This document shows, in pieces, positions 26,479-38,850 of a stretch of 64,000 bases of DNA; within the stretch, counting starts at the first letter, position 1; each line of letters starts with the position of its first letter. Origin of the DNA: Mobula hypostoma (taxonomy: Eukaryota). A program made the position numbers and the translations under genes. Location: assembly GCF_963921235.1 (NCBI RefSeq), contig NC_086098.1, forward strand, positions 6,820,001-6,884,000, in the 5' to 3' direction. A model generated the notes under the pieces. That model did no database searches, had not been told where the DNA came from, and saw only the letters and a list, made by a program, of their open reading frames with translations.

Positions 26479-28374
26479 TTTAAGATGGAAAGTTACTTGA
26501 GGTGGATACACAATTTGCAGGAATAATTTTAACATTAAAGATAGATAAACTCGATTTGTCACATGTAGATCAAAACATACAGTGAAATACGTTGTTTGCA
26601 TCAAATGAAATCATTGAGAATTGATGAGTTGTGAGCTGCCTATCGTGTCGCCAAGCTTTCAGTACCAACAGGCAACTCCCTGATGCTAACCGCATGTCTT
26701 TGGAACGTGAGAGGAAACTGGAGGACCTTGAGGAGACCCACACTGTCCCAGCAAGAACGCGTAAACTTGTTACAGACATTGTCGGGAGTTGAAGCTCAGT
26801 TGGTGAAGGCTGATGCTGTAAACCGATTGCAAAACTACTAGGATAAAATTGTACTGAGGTAAAGTTGTAAAATTATTCCTGTAACTGCCAGTGCCAGTTC
26901 TGATCCAGTTGAGACGTCAAGCAAAGTTGAAGTTGATGACGATGAGAGCAGAGGACTGGCGGGTTTTCGGCACCGTCCGCCCGTATTTGACTGGATTTCC
27001 TCTCCCTCTCGCGAGCTGCTGTTGGAGGAAAGTGCAGGCGTCTTGGGATCCACATCACCAGATTGATCTGCGAGGCTGTGGGGGATTTTGAGGTTCGTGT
27101 TGCATGTGGTTCTGGATTCTGGTTACTTTGTTTCTGCAACACACACAAAATGCTGGAGGAACTCAGCAGGACAGGCAGCATGTGTGGAACTGAATTTATG
27201 GAAGGCAGCATTTCAGGCCAAGACCTTTCATCAGGACTGGAAAAATTTTACCCTCCACACCATCAAGTATACTTACAAGGAGTGCTGTCGCAGGAAAGCT
27301 ACACGTGCTGAACTGAACTAAACTGAATACTCCTGGTTTGATTTTTGATGTGTTGAGGCTGAATGATAGATAAAAATTCAATTCAATAGATTTCAATTAA
27401 TTATTTACTTTTACATTTAAGTATATTCAAAGCATTTATTATCAAAGTGTGTATGCAGTGTACAACCGTGAGATTTGCCTTCCCCCAGACTGCCACAAGA
27501 CAACGAAAACCAGGGACTCGTTCAAAGAAAAACATCCAAACCTCCCCAACGTGCAAAGAAGAAATCGCACAAACCCGCAAAAAACAGGCAAAAACACAGA
27601 ACATAAAACATCAAAGTACAAGTCATCGCAGCAGTCCAGGAATAGTTAGTTCTGCTCAGTTCAGTTCCATCCAGTGCTGCATTGTTCACTGACTGCAGGC
27701 CGCAGAGCCAGACTGCCCAGATCAAAAACTGCACAAAATATCAACAAGAAAAGGGAGTGTCCAGGAACCAGAAACACGTCTCAATGTGAACAACAGAGCC
27801 CAATCCACAAATCACATCGATTAAACCTTGCCCAAGACCCAGGACAGCGGCAGCATCCTCTGGCACCATCGAGTGAGACAGAGAGACCAGTCACTTAGCT
27901 TGCCTTTGGCAGCAACGAATGAGAGCGAGACAGAGAGACCGGGCAGTTGCTGCTGAACACCTGCCCGCCTTCCACTCCCGTCCTTGTTGATTTCAATCTT
28001 CTTCAACGCTTTAATCAATGGAATTGATGAGAAATGGAGTCAAGCATGGGCTCGCACCTTGTCTCCAGGCTTCTTGGCCTCAAGGCTGTACTCTGAATAG
28101 ATTAGAATGCAAGGATAAAAGAGAGAGCTATCATATCCAATAAAGTAAGCCTTAGTTACCTATCGAGGGAGAGAAGGAGGGCCATGGAATATTATGGGAT
28201 ATGATTTAGTAAGGGTCAGTCCATAGTGGACTTTTTATTACTGGAACTGTACCCCAAGATTTCTCAAGACACATTTCGGATCCTGTTGAAGGGTCTTGGC
28301 CTGAAACGCTGACTGTACGTTTCACCTCATAGATGCTGCTTGACCTGCTGAGTTTGTCCAGTGTTTTGTGTGTG

Positions 28375-29010
28375 TTCAAAGTTCAAAGTAAATTTATTAT
28401 CAAAAGTACATATGTCATCATGTACAACCCTGAGATTCGTTTTCCTGTGAGCAATCACATAAATACAAGAAACACAATAGAATCAATGAAAGACCGCACC
28501 CAAGATAGACAACCAATGTGCAAAGGACAGCAAACTGTGCAAATACAAAAAAAAAGCAATAAATGTTGAGAACATGAGATGAAGAGTCCTTGAAAGTGAG
28601 TCCATAGGTTGTGGGAACAGTTCAGTCATGGGTAAGTGAAGTTGAGTGAAGTTATCCCCTTTGGTTCAAGAGTCTGATGGTTGAGGCGTAATAACTGTTC
28701 CCAAACCTAGTGGTGTGGGTCCTGAGGCTCCTGTACCTCCTTCTTAATGGCAACAGCGAGAAGAGAGTCTGGCCTGGATGGTGGGGTCATTGATGATGGA
28801 TGCTGCTTTCCTGCAACCACGCTTTTTTGAAGGTGTATTCAATGGTGGGGAGTGCCTTACTGTGATGAACTGGGCCCTATTCACTAATTTTTGTAGGTTT
28901 TTCTGTTCAAGGGAATTGGTGTTTCCATATGGATCATGATATAACCAGTCAATATACTCTTTAACGTACATCTATAGAAGTTCATCAAAACTTCGAAGAA
29001 AGTAGAGGCC
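28375..29010 (-). mobile_element. Rex1/Babar-like LINE 3' fragment
   Basis: (ACTTTGA)n tail; CRKAASIINDP remnant. Confidence 0.75.
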
Positions 29011-29179
29011 CTGATTCCTCAAGCTTTTATGATAAAAATGTTAATTACTTTGCACCAATTTTTGATATTAAATTAGTGATTGGGACACTCTAACAGTAAT
29101 TGTGAAAGTTGCAAAAAGTGTGGGAATTTTCTTTGTAAATTAACATAACATCGTTATCAAATTTACCTGGTCACACAGG

Positions 29180-29795
29180 TAGATAGGTACATTGGCCTTC
29201 ATAAATCAGAGTACAGGAGTTGGGATTTTAAATTGAAGTTATGTGAGATGTTGGTGAGGCTAAATTTGGAATACTCATGCAGTTCTGGTCACCTGCGTAT
29301 TGGAAAGATATCCACAAGCTGGAGAAAATTAACAAGGATGTTGCTGGGACTTGAGGACCGGAGTTCTAGGAAAAGGTTGAGTAGGTTAGGAATTCATTCC
29401 CTCTGGAGAATGAAAGCAGATCTTATCAAGGTACACAAAATTGAGAGGTATAGGTAATTGAGAGGTAAATGCTTGTGGGCCTTTTCCCCTTAGGTTAGTT
29501 GATACTAGAAATAGAGGTTTTAGGTTAAGGGTGAAAGGTGAAATAATTAAGGAGAATTTGAAGAGTATCTTCTTCACTCAGAAGTTGGTGCAAGCTTGGA
29601 ACAAGCTGCCAGTGGAATGATAAATGCAGATTCACTTGCAACATTAAAGTGAGCTTTTGACTGTAGACTGTAGGAATAACAGAGGTATGGAGGGTTCTGT
29701 GCCAGGTGCGGGTCAATGGGACGAGGCAGTAAACCAGGCTGGTGTGGACTAGATAGGCTGAAGGCCTGCTTCTGTGCCTTAGTGCGTTATGACTC
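29180..29795 (+). mobile_element. CR1 LINE 3' fragment
   Basis: LVRLNLEY..TRMLLGLE..LSRLG..MKADLIKV remnants; CR1-type 3' end. Confidence 0.75.
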
Positions 29796-30235
29796 TTTAT
29801 TTGCATAAATCCATTCTAAAACTGGTGTTGTTGGCATCAGCACAGTAGTCCCCCTTGATACGTTCTCGCAGTTGGCTGCCTATTACAGGGAAAGATGATT
29901 GTTGCAGCCAGCTCTTCTAGGGTTAAAACACAAAGCAAGGTGTACTCTCCTTGTTGCAGCTGAGTGGCTCTGTGGAGATAACGACAGTGTTGAAAGATGA
30001 GTAGGAAAGTTCTCATTCGAACCTGGACAAGCTGGTGGAGAACAGTGACTGTAACAGCCATGTTCTCTGTGAATGGCAGGGGCCCTTGTTGACAGGAAAA
30101 ACCGGGCTTTTCCTGTCAGGAAGTTGCCAAGGATGTTTGCACAAGGACTTTGCATTATTATATACTGTCATTTGCAGAGAAGAGACCTCTGGGCCCATTG
30201 GGTCTATGTCAGTCGCCATTTTGTGGACCCAAGAG

Positions 30236-30750
30236 AAGCTGGAAATCTAGAGCAACACAACAGTGGGTAGCACAGTAGCATAGCGGTTAGCACAACGCTT
30301 AACAGTACCAGCGACCCGGGTTCAATTCCCACCACTGGCTGTAAGGACTTTGTAACGGCATAGTTTCCTCCCACAGTCCAAAGACGTACCAGTTAGTGGG
30401 GTAATTGGTCATTGTAAACTGTCCTGTGAATAGGCTAGGATTAAATTGGGGGATTGCTGGGCGGTGTGGCTTGAAAGGCCGGAGGGGCCTATTCCACGCT
30501 GTCAATAAATAAACAAACAACAAATAAATAAATAAAATGCAGGAGGAACTCAGCAGGCCAGGCAGCATGTATGGAATAGTGTAAACAGTTGATATTTCGG
30601 GCTGAGACCCTGTAGGTCCGGACGATGGGTCTCGGCCTGTAACGTCAACTGTTTATGACGAGGGGTCTCGGCCTGAGACGTCGACTGTTTATTCATTTCC
30701 ATAAACACTGCCTGACCTGCTGAGTTCCTTCAGCATTTTGTGTGTGTTGC
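30236..30750. mobile_element. Palindromic pair of Penelope-like termini with three hammerhead remnants; V-SINE inserted at ~30262-30533
   Basis: AAAATGCAGGAGGAACTCAGCAGGCCAGGCAG ... CTGCCTGACCTGCTGAGTTCCTTCAGCATTTTGTGTGTGTTGC are inverted copies. Confidence 0.75.
30262..30533 (+). mobile_element. V-SINE
   Basis: A box TAGCGGTTAGCAC, B box GGGTTCAATTCCC, TTTCCTCCCACAGTCCAAAGACG, (AAAT)n tail. Confidence 0.85.
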
Positions 30751-30904
30751 CATTTCTTTAACTTGAAATGTTTGAAAGATGATGTGGTTAATAAAAACTG
30801 GTTTTGCAGGAGAGGAAACACAATTGTTTGTTACATTAATGTTGATGCCATTTGGGAGTGTTTTATTTGATAAAACGTGTACGAGAGAATGAAAACCTTA
30901 TGAA

Positions 30905-32100
30905 AAGAGGTTTACTGGGATGTTGCCTGGTTTAGAGGGCATGTGCTATCACAAGAAGCTGGATAAACATGGGTTGTTTTCTCTGGAGCGCAGAGGCTGA
31001 GGGGAGATCTGATAAAGACATAGATAGAGTAGACAGGGCGTATCTGTTTCCCAGGGTTGAAGTGTCTTAATACCAGAGGGCACACGTTGTAGGTGAGGGG
31101 GTTTAGGTTCAAAGGGGATGTGAGGACTAAGTTTTTTATTCAGAGAATGGTGGATGCTGGAATGTGCTGCCTGATATGGTGGTAGATGCAAATATATTAG
31201 AGGCTTTTAAGAGATGTTTGGATAGGCCACATGGTTGTAAGGAATATGGAAGGATACGGACATTGTGTAGGTAGGAAAGATTAGTGTTTGGGTGTGTAAG
31301 GGGTTTCTTCTTTTATGTTGCTGCTAAAGCTAATAAAATGGCTTCTTTGTTATATTAGAATAAAATGACTTCTCTGTGATGTTAACTGCTGAGACAGTGG
31401 TTCCCTCTCTAGTAGCTTGTTTGGGTTATAATTACTGATAAAGAGAATTGTATTCATTTGCTAACCAATTGGGATAGATGTTATTCTTTCTTGTGTGTCT
31501 GTAAGCTGTTGTTTTTCGTGGGCTTTGGGCAGAAGGCGCGATGGGGACGGAGAGCAGAGGTGCGATGCTGTAAGCTGGGCGATGGAACGGACCCCGAGCG
31601 GGATTCCGAGGCCCAGGGTCTTCGGCGAGGAGAAGAGGTGAGGACAGACTGGTGTGGAGCGTATGGTCGACCACTGTGGTTGGTCCCAGGCAGCGGATTG
31701 AGGTCGGAGAGGATCGAATGGTGGAAAGAGGATCCCGTTAATTGAGCTCCAACGGTTGTGCACGAAGTGGTTGAACTTTGATAAGTTTGGCGCCTTTTAC
31801 TTTCTTTTTATATTGTAACTCTATTAATTACATAGTTCCAGTAAGATCTATAAAGTGTAATTATTTAATTGCATATGGGGTACTGTCTGTTATTTGGTGG
31901 GATGGGGTACATCACACAGCATCCACACAAACTTGATTACCCAGTCTGGCGGGGCCAAAGGCTGCTCCCCCCGAGATGGAAGTGAGCTGAGCGAGCCTGA
32001 GGCTTTCCAGGGGGCGACAGGTGCTTTTGATTTACTTTTGAGCTGGTTCAGCACAACACTGTGGGCCAAAGGGCCTGTTCCTGTTCTCTGTTCTATGTTA
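30905..32100 (+). mobile_element. CR1 LINE 3' fragment hosting a solo LTR
   Basis: TTTTCTCTGGAGCGCAGAGGCTGAGGGGAGATCTGATA...; 3' end resumes after 32023 (CAGCACAACACTGTGGGCCAAAGGGCCTG..TTCTATGTT). Confidence 0.8.
31295..32019 (+). mobile_element. Solo LTR (Gypsy-like), copy 2, TG...CA termini
   Basis: TGTAAGGGG...GGGGGCGACA flanked by 4-bp TSD GGTG (31291-31294, 32020-32023); transcriptional orientation not established. Confidence 0.88.
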
Positions 32101-32374
32101 AGAATTTCCTGATCAGAGCTGAGCCACTTAGAAACTTGAGTAGAACTGCTGAACCTCAGGTTAAGTCAGGCTGTTTTACAGGAGATGTGTATTTTTTGGA
32201 GTTGAGTTCTAGCCTATTTAATATATAATGAGTAACACATTTCTATATTTTAATGTGTTACTGCTCAAACAGCACTTCCAATTTTAAGCAATTATCACTG
32301 GAATAATCTTTGACTATTTAGTAGCTAGAATGAACTTTCAGTGAGGAAACTGAGGGGCAGCTTCCTCATTCGGA

Positions 32375-32577
32375 GTTCAAAAGTTCAAAGTTCAAAGTAA
32401 CTTTATTATCAAAGGACATATATGTCGCCATATCCAACCCTGAGATTCATTTCCTTGTGGTCATACTCAATAAATCTGTAGAGTAATAACCATAACAGAA
32501 TCAACGGAAGACCACCCAACTAGTGTGTTCAACCAGAGTGCAAAAGACAGTAAACTGTGCAAATATAAAAGAAATTG

Positions 32578-32608
<31 letters not shown>

Positions 32609-32910
32609 CTAAGCAATAGATATTGAGCAGGTGAGATGATGAGTCATTGAAAGTGAGGCCATTGGTTGTGGGAAAGTTTCAATGATGGGGCAAGTGAAGT
32701 TGAGTGAAGTTATCCTTTTTAGTTCAAGACCCTGCTGGCTGAGGGGTAATAACTGTTCCTGAACCTGGTGGTGAGTCCTGAGGCTCCTGTACCTTCCTCC
32801 TGATGGCAGCAGTGAGAGGAAAGCACGTTCTGGGTGGTGTGGGTCCCCGATGATGGATGCTGGTTTCCTGCGACAGCGTTTCGTGTTGATGTGCTGGATG
32901 GGGGATATGG
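32375..32910 (-). mobile_element. Rex1/Babar-like LINE 3' fragment with an (AAT)n run
   Basis: RCRRKPASIIGDPHHP..FLSLLPSGGRYRSLRT; (ACTTTGA)n tail. Confidence 0.8.
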
Positions 32911-33203
32911 TGATGAGCATGTGGAGATGGTGGATGTGGGTTTGGTTGCGACATTTAAGAGCAGTATTTCTAGGTGGAGAATTCCGAAGGTTCACTGTCG
33001 CAGGTTGAAAGAATTTTAGTAGCATCGCGTTTGTGTAATGTTTTGTAGTGCCAGCTGTATTTCCGGGGTTCAGTTCCCGTTGCTGTCTGCAAGGAGTTTA
33101 TACGTCATTCCCCATGACCGTGTGGGTTTCATCCCACACTCCAAAGACGTACCAATTAGGATTAGTGAATTGTGGGCTATCTATGTTGGTGCCAGACATT
33201 TAC

Positions 33204-33422
33204 AGCAACACACATCAAAGTTGCTGGTGAACACAGCAGGCCAGGCAGCATCTCTAGGAAGAGGCGCAGTTGACGTTTCGGGCCGAGACCCTTCGTCAGG
33301 ACTAACTGAAGGAAGAGCTAGTAAGGGATTTGAAAGTGGGAGGGGGAGGGGGAGATCCGAAATGATAGGAGAAGACAGGAGGGGGAGGGATGGAGCCAAG
33401 AGGTGGACAGTTGATTGGCAAA
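33204..33422 (-). mobile_element. Penelope-like terminal repeat (young subfamily)
   Basis: Highly similar to 24108-24297. Confidence 0.75.
33268..33303 (-). ncRNA. Minimal type I hammerhead ribozyme motif (best-preserved copy)
   Basis: AGTC-CTGACGA-A-GGG TCTCGG CCC-GAAA-CGTC-AACT: intact core, 3-bp stem II, palindromic ACGT in place of stem III, GUC cleavage triplet. Confidence 0.75.
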
Positions 33423-33534
33423 AGGTTTGCAGGCTGCCTTCAGCACACTCTTGACACAAGCAGTGCATTTCATTTGTATGCTTTGATGTTGCATTGTACA
33501 TGTGACAAGTGAAGCTGACCTTTATCCTTAAGGT

Positions 33535-34097
33535 TGTTATAGCTGGGGGTGATAATGAGGACAAGCTCCCCCTACCTATTAAATGCTCCCAATGGCGTGG
33601 GATTCAAATAGCATCTGACAACCAAGTCCAGCTCCTGGCCTTCATGTGTGGCATAGCTACTAAGCCCGGTACAACCGTTTCTACTGACAAGAGAGGGGGC
33701 AAAGGTGGGTTACTGGCACCATAAAACCAGTCACTTCAGGCAGATAGAGTCTGTTAGCTGTGGTTGGCAGCTCATTTAGGAGAAGGAAATCTCTGATCTC
33801 AAACCTCCGCTGCCTTGCGGCTGTACCCACTCATGGAGAAGGCTTCGCGAATAAGCCCTGTGGTAAAAATGGGAGCTGGAGTCCCTAACCCAGTCCTACA
33901 CTGACTGGCAATTCCTGCAACACCGCTGGTACCAAAACGTATAGGTCTGTGTTGTTCCTTTGGGTTCATCAGGATCATGGAGAGGGGGAGCTTACTACAT
34001 GGGCAACAGCTTGCTCTCCATATTGTACTACCCTGGATGCGTATCTAGACAGCTGGGACACAATATCCAGGGTCAACCCTGACCAATGGAGGCCTCA
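33535..34097. mobile_element. Unclassified interspersed repeat (possibly non-autonomous RTE)
   Basis: 33740-34097 is collinear with ~58225-58610 (TTGGCAGCTCAT..AGAAGGAAA..CTGATCTCAAA..GGAGTCCCTAA). Confidence 0.55.
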
Positions 34098-34688
34098 CTC
34101 ACTATCTTTATTAGAATTAACTGGCCTCTTATTTTGGGACTATGTTCCCTGGTTCTCGACATCCCAGCTTTGTAATAATTTTGTATATTTCAATCACCTT
34201 TCATTCTTGCAATTCCACGGTGCTTAGGCCAGACTGCTTAATCTTTCTTTATGTAACGAATGTGCTATCTCATAAATCAAACCGTGAACCTGCATTGCAC
34301 TCTCTCTATTGTAAGGATATCCTTCTGGTTGTATGGAGATTAGACCTGTGCACAAGGCTCCAGATGCCTTATACACTATAATCATAGCAGCATGTTGTTC
34401 CTGCTTTTCTCCAGCCTTCTTCCTAATTGCTTACTGAAGTTGGAATTAACTTTCAGTGAGGAACCTAAGGGGGAATTTCTTCACTCACAGGGTGGTGGGA
34501 GTGTGGAATGAACTATCAGTGGAAGTTGGTAAATGCAGGTTCAATTGCAACATTTAAGAGATATTTGGGTAAGTACATGGATGTGAGGGGTAAGGAGGGT
34601 GCAGGTCAAAGTTCAAAGAAAATTTATTATCAAAGTACATATATGTCACCAAGTACAACCTTGTGAATCAATTTTTTGTGGGCATACT

Positions 34689-36765
34689 TCTTCTTACAGA
34701 AACATCTGCATGATGGTCAGCTAGGGCACATCACCAGTGATGTTACCTGGGGTCGTCAGGTGTTTCGGGTCTTTCAACATCATACACCCTTGCCCAGGCG
34801 ACCCGACTGGGGTTGATCAGACCCCGGCCTGTGCCCTAGTAGCAACCCATGGATCTGCCCTCTTTATCCAGAGCCATCTTGACGCTTTCTCGGCTGCATC
34901 TGTGGTGGTAGAAATGGCTCTCCTCCTTCCCTCTCCCGTGATTCCAAGTGCAGTGTATACTTTGCAGAGCGACTGGCCGGCAAAGCCACAACACCCGACC
35001 TCCACGGGACAACACTTTGCTCTCCAGCCTCTTTGGCAGTTGTTCTTCAGGTCCTCATACTTGGCTCTTTTCCGTTCGTAGGCCTCCTCCATGCGTTCTC
35101 CCCACGGCACGGTAAGCTCAAACATAAGAATGTGCTTCGATGATTCGGACCACAACACAATGTCGGGCTGCAATGTAGTCTCTGTGATGTGGGGAGGAAA
35201 CTGCAGCCGTTTTCCCAGGTCTGCTTTTAGCTTCCAGTCCTGCGCAGTGAAGAGCAACCCGGTTGCTCTCTGGTGTTCTGTTGGTCTTTCACCCTCTTTG
35301 ACAAAACAGATGGTGTTCTCGACTGGACCTGTTTTCCGGCAGATGTTAAGGGTACTGCAGATTGTCTCAGCAATTGTCCGGAAGACCTGGTCATGGTGCC
35401 ACCGATAACGGCCATTGGCAAGAGCTCTGGGGCAGCAGCTCAGAATATGCTGTAGTGTACCGGTCTTCTCACAGAGGGGGCAAGCTGGTCGTTCTGCAAG
35501 GCCCCAGCAGGGCAGGTTGGATGGGCTGGGAAGGACGTCATAAACAGCCTGGATAAGGAACTTGATGGGGTGTGAATCCACCTTCCAGAGATTGTTCCAC
35601 GTGATCTTTCGCTCGATCACCTGCTCCCATTTGGTCCAGGCTCCTTGCTGTTTCCTTGCCACTGCTCTGCTGGTCCTCTCCTCCTCCACAGCTGCTATTG
35701 CTTCATTCTGGACCAGTTCTCATCGCTCTTTCCCTTGTACTTCGTCAAAATGGGGGCTTCCAGGTCCAGCTCTTCCCTTGGCGACTGCCCCCACCAGCAC
35801 TTTGTGGTGCAGTTGTGCCTCAGCTTCTGCTCCACTTCCTTCCAGTTCTCACTGCCACTCTTGCTCCGGCAACCTTTGGATCGGAAGATTCCCGGAACTT
35901 CAGCACCTCTTTGCTCGCAAAACTTTGAACTCCTCCTGGATGGATTTCGGGGGGAGGCCTCGGTTTGCAGTTATTCCCGTAGAGAGCAATGCTTCTGATG
36001 TTCCTCGGTAAACCCAGCCTTCTTCGCAGGAACCGGCTGACTACCCTCTCTAATTCAGCAACAGTGGAAATCGGAAACTTATCGAGAAGCAGTGGCCAGA
36101 GGATTCTTGGTAGAATACTGTGCTGGTAAATCCATGCCTTAAATTGCCCTGGAAGGCCCGTCCTGTCAACCTCCTGCAACCACAGGTGTTTCTTATTGCC
36201 ACCTTATCTCTGAGTGTTGCATGAAACATCTTTCCAAGACTTTTAACAGGGTTCTCTGCGATGGTAGGAATTGGAATGTCCTCAACAGAGAAATAAAATC
36301 TCTCCTGTACTCTCCCCTTCTTCAGCACTGCAGATCTTGACTTTACAGGCTTAAAGGACATCCTTGCCCACCTCATCAACCTTTCCAGCCCCTTAAGAAC
36401 CCACCTAGCACCAGGCACCTACTCCATAGTGATAGTCAGAACATCCATGAAGGCTCGTATTGCTGGTTGGCGGATCCCAGATCTTGATTTCGGGCCTCGA
36501 CACTCTGGCTGTGCAGATTTTACCAGCATGTTGATTGCCAGGGCAAAAAGGATGACTGAGATGGTGCAGCCTGTGATGATACCAATCTCCAGCCTGCACC
36601 GGTCTGATGTCATTGGCCCTGTTGAGACTCTCAGGTGGAACTCGTAGTAGTAGTCCATAAGAAGGCCTCTGATTCCTTCAGGAACATGGTGCCTCTTCAG
36701 AGCGTCTTCAACAACCTTGTGGGGGATTGACCCATAGGCACTGGCCAAATCCAACCTCAAAATCA
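34689..36765 (-). mobile_element. 5'-truncated HERO-like (R2 group, RLE-type) non-LTR retrotransposon
   Basis: RT motifs LDLASAYGSIPH, GIITGCTISVILF, RAFMDVLTI, WARMSFKPVKSRS, KSLGK; CCHC knuckle CPLCEKTGTLQHILSCC; RWHHDQV; endonuclease PDIVLWS..FELTVPW..AYERKRAKY..PVEVG; (AAG)3 tail; TSD ATACT at 34684-34688 and 36766-36770. Confidence 0.9.
34817..36765 (-). pseudogene. Frameshifted RT-CCHC-RLE polyprotein of the HERO-like element
   Basis: Split across ORFs 36419-36766, 36050-36418, 35820-36179, 34817-35689; catalytic FMDD reads FMDV. Confidence 0.85.
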
Positions 36766-38244
36766 ATACTCAATAAATCCAATTACTGTAATGAAACACC
36801 TTGCCAGATGGGCATACAAACTGTGTAAAAAAGAGATGAAAGCAAGCAAAACAAGCTCTTTTTGCCTCCCTCCTGTACACTGACCCACCCATATTCATAC
36901 ACCCGACAGGTCCCCAACCTCAGACCAGATCTTTATACCTTGGCCCCAGATCCGCAGGCTCATAGGCCTCAGACCCTCAAGCTTCACCCCAGGATGCTGA
37001 TAACAGGTTTGACCTTTGAGCCTTGACTTCGGGACTCGTAAAATGGAAAAAGAGAACATTTTTGTGTCTGCGAGTCCTGAAGTCAGGGCCTGAAAGAATC
37101 AGTTGATGAAAACATCTTGACTTGCTGATAGTGATGGTAGTAGTGACTCACAGATAATGGTGGGAGCATAGAACTTTATCACTACCAGGCGTGGTGGTAG
37201 AGGCAGATACATTAGAGGTATTTAAGAAAGTTTTATAAGGGCATATTGGAATGATAGAAAAATGAAGGGCTGTGTGTGAGGGAAGGGTTAGATTCGTCAT
37301 GGAGTATGTTAAAAGGTCAGCACAACATTAAAGTTCAAAGTAAAATTATCAGCATACATAAATGTCACCATATACAAGCCTGAGATTCATTTTCTTGTGG
37401 GCATTCACAGAGGAGCACAATAAAATCAATGAAAGACAGACAAACAGCCAGCGTGCAGAGGACAACAAAAAAAAACACGAAATAATAAATAAATAAACAA
37501 TAAATATATGCTGCTTGAAACTGATATTAAATGTACTTTGAACCTCGAACGTGAGGTGAAGCGTCATTGAAATCGGGCTGAATGCTGTCGTGTTCTGTGT
37601 TCATTCCCACGTCAGAATCGGAATCAAGTGTAATTATCACCAGCATGAAATCTGTTGTCTTTGCAGCCGCAGTGCAATGCAATCAATGCACAATAATACA
37701 CAAAACATGAATTCTGATTCTAAATAGTTAAATTAATCATTGGAAACAGACCAGACAAATATGACTTTTATTTTCTGAGGTAGCCCATCTCAAGGGACTG
37801 AATGGCTTGTGGGGTGTAATAAGCGTGTCTTTTTGGCATCTTTATCTCAATTGAATAGTTCTTTTGTACCCTCTTGATTTATCCCAGTCACCAAGTAGTT
37901 TAAAATACAGCTTGTTCTCACTTTCATTGTTATTCAGAGTCACCATTGCCAATTTGTCTTGGTTCCCACTAAAAGCAATTAGAACAAAAGTGTGGAATGG
38001 GCAGCGCCTTTATTACACCCGTGCACCTGTGGTTTCAATAGAAGCTTGGCGTTATTTAAATAAGCTGTTCCAATAGGACCCAACGCAGAACAAATCAACA
38101 CGGCAGTTGTTTGGTTAGGGGCGTGAGGCTTAATACCACGCAACTGCTATTAGCTACACTTAAAGGCATTTGATTCAAAAGAACTTTAACTTTAAGTAAT
38201 CTGTTAACTGAATTGGAATACTTTTTCTCTCTCCGTGGGACTTA

Positions 38245-38850
38245 TCAAGACTTGAGATTGTTTAATGTCATTGCCAGTACACAGGTTTAAAGGAGAACGA
38301 AATAATTGTTACTCCGGATCTGTTGCAGCACAAAAACGCAATAAGATAAAGAGCACAATAATAAAAACACAATAAATATAAATGCATGTGTAGATTGATT
38401 GTATGTCCGTAAAGTGACACTGGGCTGTACATAAGGTGACTGACAGGAAATGATAAAAGTTGTGGTGGAGTTAGTGGCGGAGGTATTGTTCAGACTTACT
38501 GCTTGGGGAAAGGAACTGTTTTTGAGTCTGGTGATCCTGGCGTGGATGAAAGTGGGACAAACGATCCATGAGCAGGATGGGTGGGATCCTTCAGGATGTT
38601 ACCGGTCTTTCACTGGCACCTTTCTGTATATATGCCCTTGATGGTGGGTAGGCTGGCACCGGTGATGACTGGGCAGGTTTTCCAGTCTGTCGCAGTGCAG
38701 TTTCTATACCAAGCAGTGATGCAGCTTGTCAGAATGCTCTCTACTGCACAACTATAGAATGACCTGAGTGTAGATGTGCAAAGTCCAGCTCTCTTCAGCC
38801 TCCTCAGGAGGTTGAGGTGTTGCGGAGCTCTCCTGGCTGTGTAGGACCAG
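38245..38850 (-). mobile_element. Rex1/Babar-like LINE 3' fragment
   Basis: LRRLKRAGL..FYSCAVESILTSCITAWYRNCTATD. Confidence 0.85.

Noticed and set aside
33600..33700. HDV-like ribozyme in an RTE-like leader
   Set aside because: An L3-like TTCATGT is present but I could not assign the nested double pseudoknot by eye; needs an RNAMotif/Infernal search.
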